Of a stretch of DNA of 64,000 nt, positions 61,213 to 64,000 are shown piece after piece. Made by a program: the position numbers and the translations under genes. This stretch comes from an uncultured Anaerolinea sp. (GTDB lineage: Bacteria > Chloroflexota > Anaerolineae > Anaerolineales > Anaerolineaceae). The DNA lies in the NCBI GenBank assembly GCA_964564935.1, contig CAZMCF010000008.1:216-64215 (forward strand), read 5' to 3'. Below the pieces are notes generated by a model. The model was not told where the DNA came from. It did no database searches and saw nothing but the letters and a program-made list of their open reading frames with translations. How positions within the stretch are numbered: the first letter of the stretch is position 1; each line of letters starts with the position of its first letter.

Positions 61213-62472
61213 TCAGGATTCTGGCTCTAGCGGCCGGGCAGGCGCAGCCGCTGCAGCCTTGAGATCCGGCCGCAGAAGAAAATACAACAGGAAAAGCGCG
61301 GCAGAAACCAGGCCGATCAGACCGCCGCCGTACCAGATGGTGCGCGGGCCGAGATGGTCGTTCAAGAACCCTCCCAGGACGGGGCCGACGCCTGAGGCGA
61401 TGCTCCAGGTCAGGCCGTAAATGCTCATATACCGCCCGCGCATATCCGCCGGGGCGAGGTTGGCGACGAAAGTCGATGAGGTGGGAATCATGATCAATTC
61501 GCCAATTGTCATGATCACCATGCTTGTCCAAAAGCCCCAAAAACTGGAGCTAAGCGCCACGCTGGCGACGCCGGCGGCGTAAAAGGCAGCGCCGACCGCC
61601 AGGACGGGCATCGCTTTGAACCGTTTGGTCACCTGGGTGACCGGCAGCTGCAGGAACACCACCATCAGCGCGTTGGTCGTCGGGATCAGCCCGTAGCGGC
61701 TTTCCGAGAGGCCGAAATTAGTCTTGGTGTAGACCGCCAGAAGTACCCAGAGCATGGCTGCCGCCATCATCGTCAACCAGAAGGCAAAAGTGAAGGAAAT
61801 GAAGGTACGGTCGCGCAGCACCCGTCCGTAGCCTCCAAAACGCTCCCCAACCGGTTTTAGGAAGCGCTCGGGGTCGTTAGCGGCTGCCAGCGGCAGCGTC
61901 TCGCGGGCAAGGGAAGCCAGGAGCAGTCCGTAGATCGTCAGGCCGCTCGCGGCGAAGTAGAAGGCCGTGTTGTACGATGAGGCTGCCAGGAAACCGCCGA
62001 TCGCCGGGCCGATGGCGATGCCGGCGTTGTTACTCAGGCGCAGCAGGGAATAGGCTTCGATCCGCCTGGTGGGCTCAATCAGGTCGGCCATCATGGCGTC
62101 GGCGCCAATCCGGTAGAGCGGGTTGGCCGCGCCGCGCAGGGCCATCAATGCGGCAAAGGCGGGCAGGGTATTCGCCCGGCTCATCAGCAGAAAACCCGCC
62201 CCGTCGACGATCAGGCTGATCACCATCACCCACTTTCTTCCCAGCCGGTCGATGATCGGTCCGGCGATGAAGGAGGCAACCAGGCCGACCGCCGCGTTAA
62301 TCGAAAGCAGGCTCGCCAGAGCGGTCATCGGCAGGTCGAGCCGCTCGCTTGCATAGATCAACAGGAAGGGCCAGATCATGCTGGAGCCGATGGTGCTGAT
62401 CAGCATGCCTCCGAACATCAGCCAGTATTGCGCGGGGAATTCTGCGTTGAAGAGCCTGATCGGGCGGAGCAT
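61213..62472 (-). CDS. MFS transporter (MdtH-like)
   Basis: GPIIDRLGRK motif A, 12 TM segments, RGRYMSIY. Confidence 0.88.
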   Translation of the reverse strand: MLRPIRLFNAEFPAQYWLMFGGMLISTIGSSMIWPFLLIYASERLDLPMTALASLLSINAAVGLVASFIAGPIIDRLGRKWVMVISLIVDGAGFLLMSRANTLPAFAALMALRGAANPLYRIGADAMMADLIEPTRRIEAYSLLRLSNNAGIAIGPAIGGFLAASSYNTAFYFAASGLTIYGLLLASLARETLPLAAANDPERFLKPVGERFGGYGRVLRDRTFISFTFAFWLTMMAAAMLWVLLAVYTKTNFGLSESRYGLIPTTNALMVVFLQLPVTQVTKRFKAMPVLAVGAAFYAAGVASVALSSSFWGFWTSMVIMTIGELIMIPTSSTFVANLAPADMRGRYMSIYGLTWSIASGVGPVLGGFLNDHLGPRTIWYGGGLIGLVSAALFLLYFLLRPDLKAAAAAPARPLEPES

Positions 62473-62669
62473 AATGAGATGAGCCTTCCTCGATTATTGG
62501 ATCGTCAAGCCGGTCAATTGTACTATCGAACGGCGGATGCGGGATAATTTCCGCCTGATCAGACGCAGCGCACCTCGTGGTACAATTACATCGTTCATTC
62601 CAGTCCGCTGCGCTTCGGCCGGCTGGCCTGAAGCGTACATCTGATCATGTTTCCAGATACGGAGGGTCG

Positions 62670-62891
62670 ATGGTCAGTCAGGATTTGCTTGAGATTTTGC
62701 GCTGCCCGCATTGCGTGCGCGAGCGGGACGGCTTGCTCGATCTGGTCAAAGAGAGCTGGCTGGTCTGCCGCGACTGCGGACGTAAATACCCGATCGTCGA
62801 GGATATCCCGGTGATGCTGATCGATGAGGGGGATAAATGGATTCAGACGGACGTGGATCAGCTTCCCGTCCCGCCTCCGCCGGTCCAATAA
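62670..62891 (+). CDS. Trm112/YcaR-like protein
   Basis: LLEILRCPHC...LVCRDCGRKYPIVEDIPVML; GGAGG RBS. Confidence 0.85.
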   Translation: MVSQDLLEILRCPHCVRERDGLLDLVKESWLVCRDCGRKYPIVEDIPVMLIDEGDKWIQTDVDQLPVPPPPVQ

Positions 62892-62984
62892 GGGGTTATA
62901 ATAAGCCGATCGCGACTTCGTGGCACTGATCTTGCAGCATCAAGGCGCATGATCCCATTGGGTACTCCTACAAAGAAACGAAAT

Positions 62985-64000
62985 ATGGCAAATCGTCGCA
63001 ACCAGATGGCTGTCAAGCCAAAAACCTCTTCCGACCGTCTGACCAAGATTATTCTGATCGCCTTCGCCGTGCTGGCGGTGATCACCGGCATCGTCCTTTT
63101 TGGCGTCGCCCGTGATATTTTCCGCACCTGGACCTCTACTCCGTTGGAGGGCATTCCGGTAGAAGCTGGAGGCAGCCAGGGGTCAAGTAACGCAACCCTG
63201 GTGCCGTTGGATACCGTCCTGCAGCCGCAGGGTGGACCGACCCCAGAGCCCTGGGACGGCAAAAGCCGCGTAACCCTGCTGGTGATGGGCCTGGATTACC
63301 GCGACTGGGAAGCCGGCGAGGTTCCCCGCACCGATACGATGATTCTGCTGACTCTCGATCCGGTCAGCAACACTGCCGGGATGCTTTCCATCCCGCGGGA
63401 TATGTGGGTCAACATCCCGGGTTTCGATTACGGCAAGATCAACACGGCTTATTACCTGGGCGAGATTAACCACCTGCCCGGCGGAGGACCCGGCCTGGCA
63501 GTCGAAACGGTAGAGCAATTCCTCGGCGTGCCGATTAATTATTACGCCCAGATCGATTTCAACGCCTTCGTCCGGTTCATCGATGAGATCGACGGGGTCA
63601 AGCTGGAGATCAAAGAGCCGATGACCGTCTCGATCATTGGCTCGAATAAAAAGGTTAACCTGGAACCGGGAATCGTTACCCTTCCGGGCGATATTGCCCT
63701 GGCCTATGCCCGTAACCGTTACACCGAGGGAGGCGATTTCGACCGGGCCGCCCGCCAGCAGCAGGTGATTCGCGCCATTCGCGACCGCATTCTCAGCTTC
63801 GATATGCTCCCCAAACTGGTCACCCGTGCGCCGGTGCTCTACCGCGATCTGGCTTCGGGCATCAGCACCAACCTGACCCTCGAAGAGGTGATCAAGCTTT
63901 CCTGGCTGGCCATGCAGGTGCCGGAACAAAACATCAAGTCGTTGGTCATCGGTCCGGAAATGGTCGAGATGGGCATGTCGCCGGATGGATTGTCGATTCT
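62985..64000 (+). CDS. LCP (LytR-CpsA-Psr) family protein, truncated by window end
   Basis: N-terminal TM segment, LLVMGLD, RTDTMILL, LSIPRD, KINTAY, DFDRAARQQQVI; not in ORF track. Confidence 0.88.
   Translation, partial: MANRRNQMAVKPKTSSDRLTKIILIAFAVLAVITGIVLFGVARDIFRTWTSTPLEGIPVEAGGSQGSSNATLVPLDTVLQPQGGPTPEPWDGKSRVTLLVMGLDYRDWEAGEVPRTDTMILLTLDPVSNTAGMLSIPRDMWVNIPGFDYGKINTAYYLGEINHLPGGGPGLAVETVEQFLGVPINYYAQIDFNAFVRFIDEIDGVKLEIKEPMTVSIIGSNKKVNLEPGIVTLPGDIALAYARNRYTEGGDFDRAARQQQVIRAIRDRILSFDMLPKLVTRAPVLYRDLASGISTNLTLEEVIKLSWLAMQVPEQNIKSLVIGPEMVEMGMSPDGLSI

Overview
GC-rich bacterial chromosome segment whose gene content and protein style suggest an Anaerolineae-type Chloroflexota (inference). 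In order, it contains: the tail of a RAYT/Y1 transposase with a REP-like inverted repeat; a Fur-family regulator divergent from a Ni/Co ECF transporter; two envelope proteins; a complete 14-gene nuoA-N complex I operon; tRNA-Arg(UCG); a GAF histidine kinase/OmpR pair; an unusual redox operon; a LacI/CelR-box cello-/manno-oligosaccharide locus (GH130, family-5 ABC transporter, GH94, GH1, two aldo/keto reductases); heliorhodopsin, pirin, a deaminase, YccF, gdhA and gatB; a CBS/PII-like/ion-transporter cluster with a tandem duplication; an MFS transporter; Trm112; and a truncated LCP gene. The most notable feature is the 23.2-34.6 kb operon. It appears to link a HydABC-type (bifurcating-signature) NAD(H)/ferredoxin module, through HdrA-MvhD and FrhB-like Fe-S subunits with degenerate flavin motifs, to a split glutamate synthase (GltB3+GltB2) that has no glutamine amidotransferase subunit in the window, and it ends with an orphan dikinase-like protein. 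All calls come from reading motifs by eye; no database searches were run.
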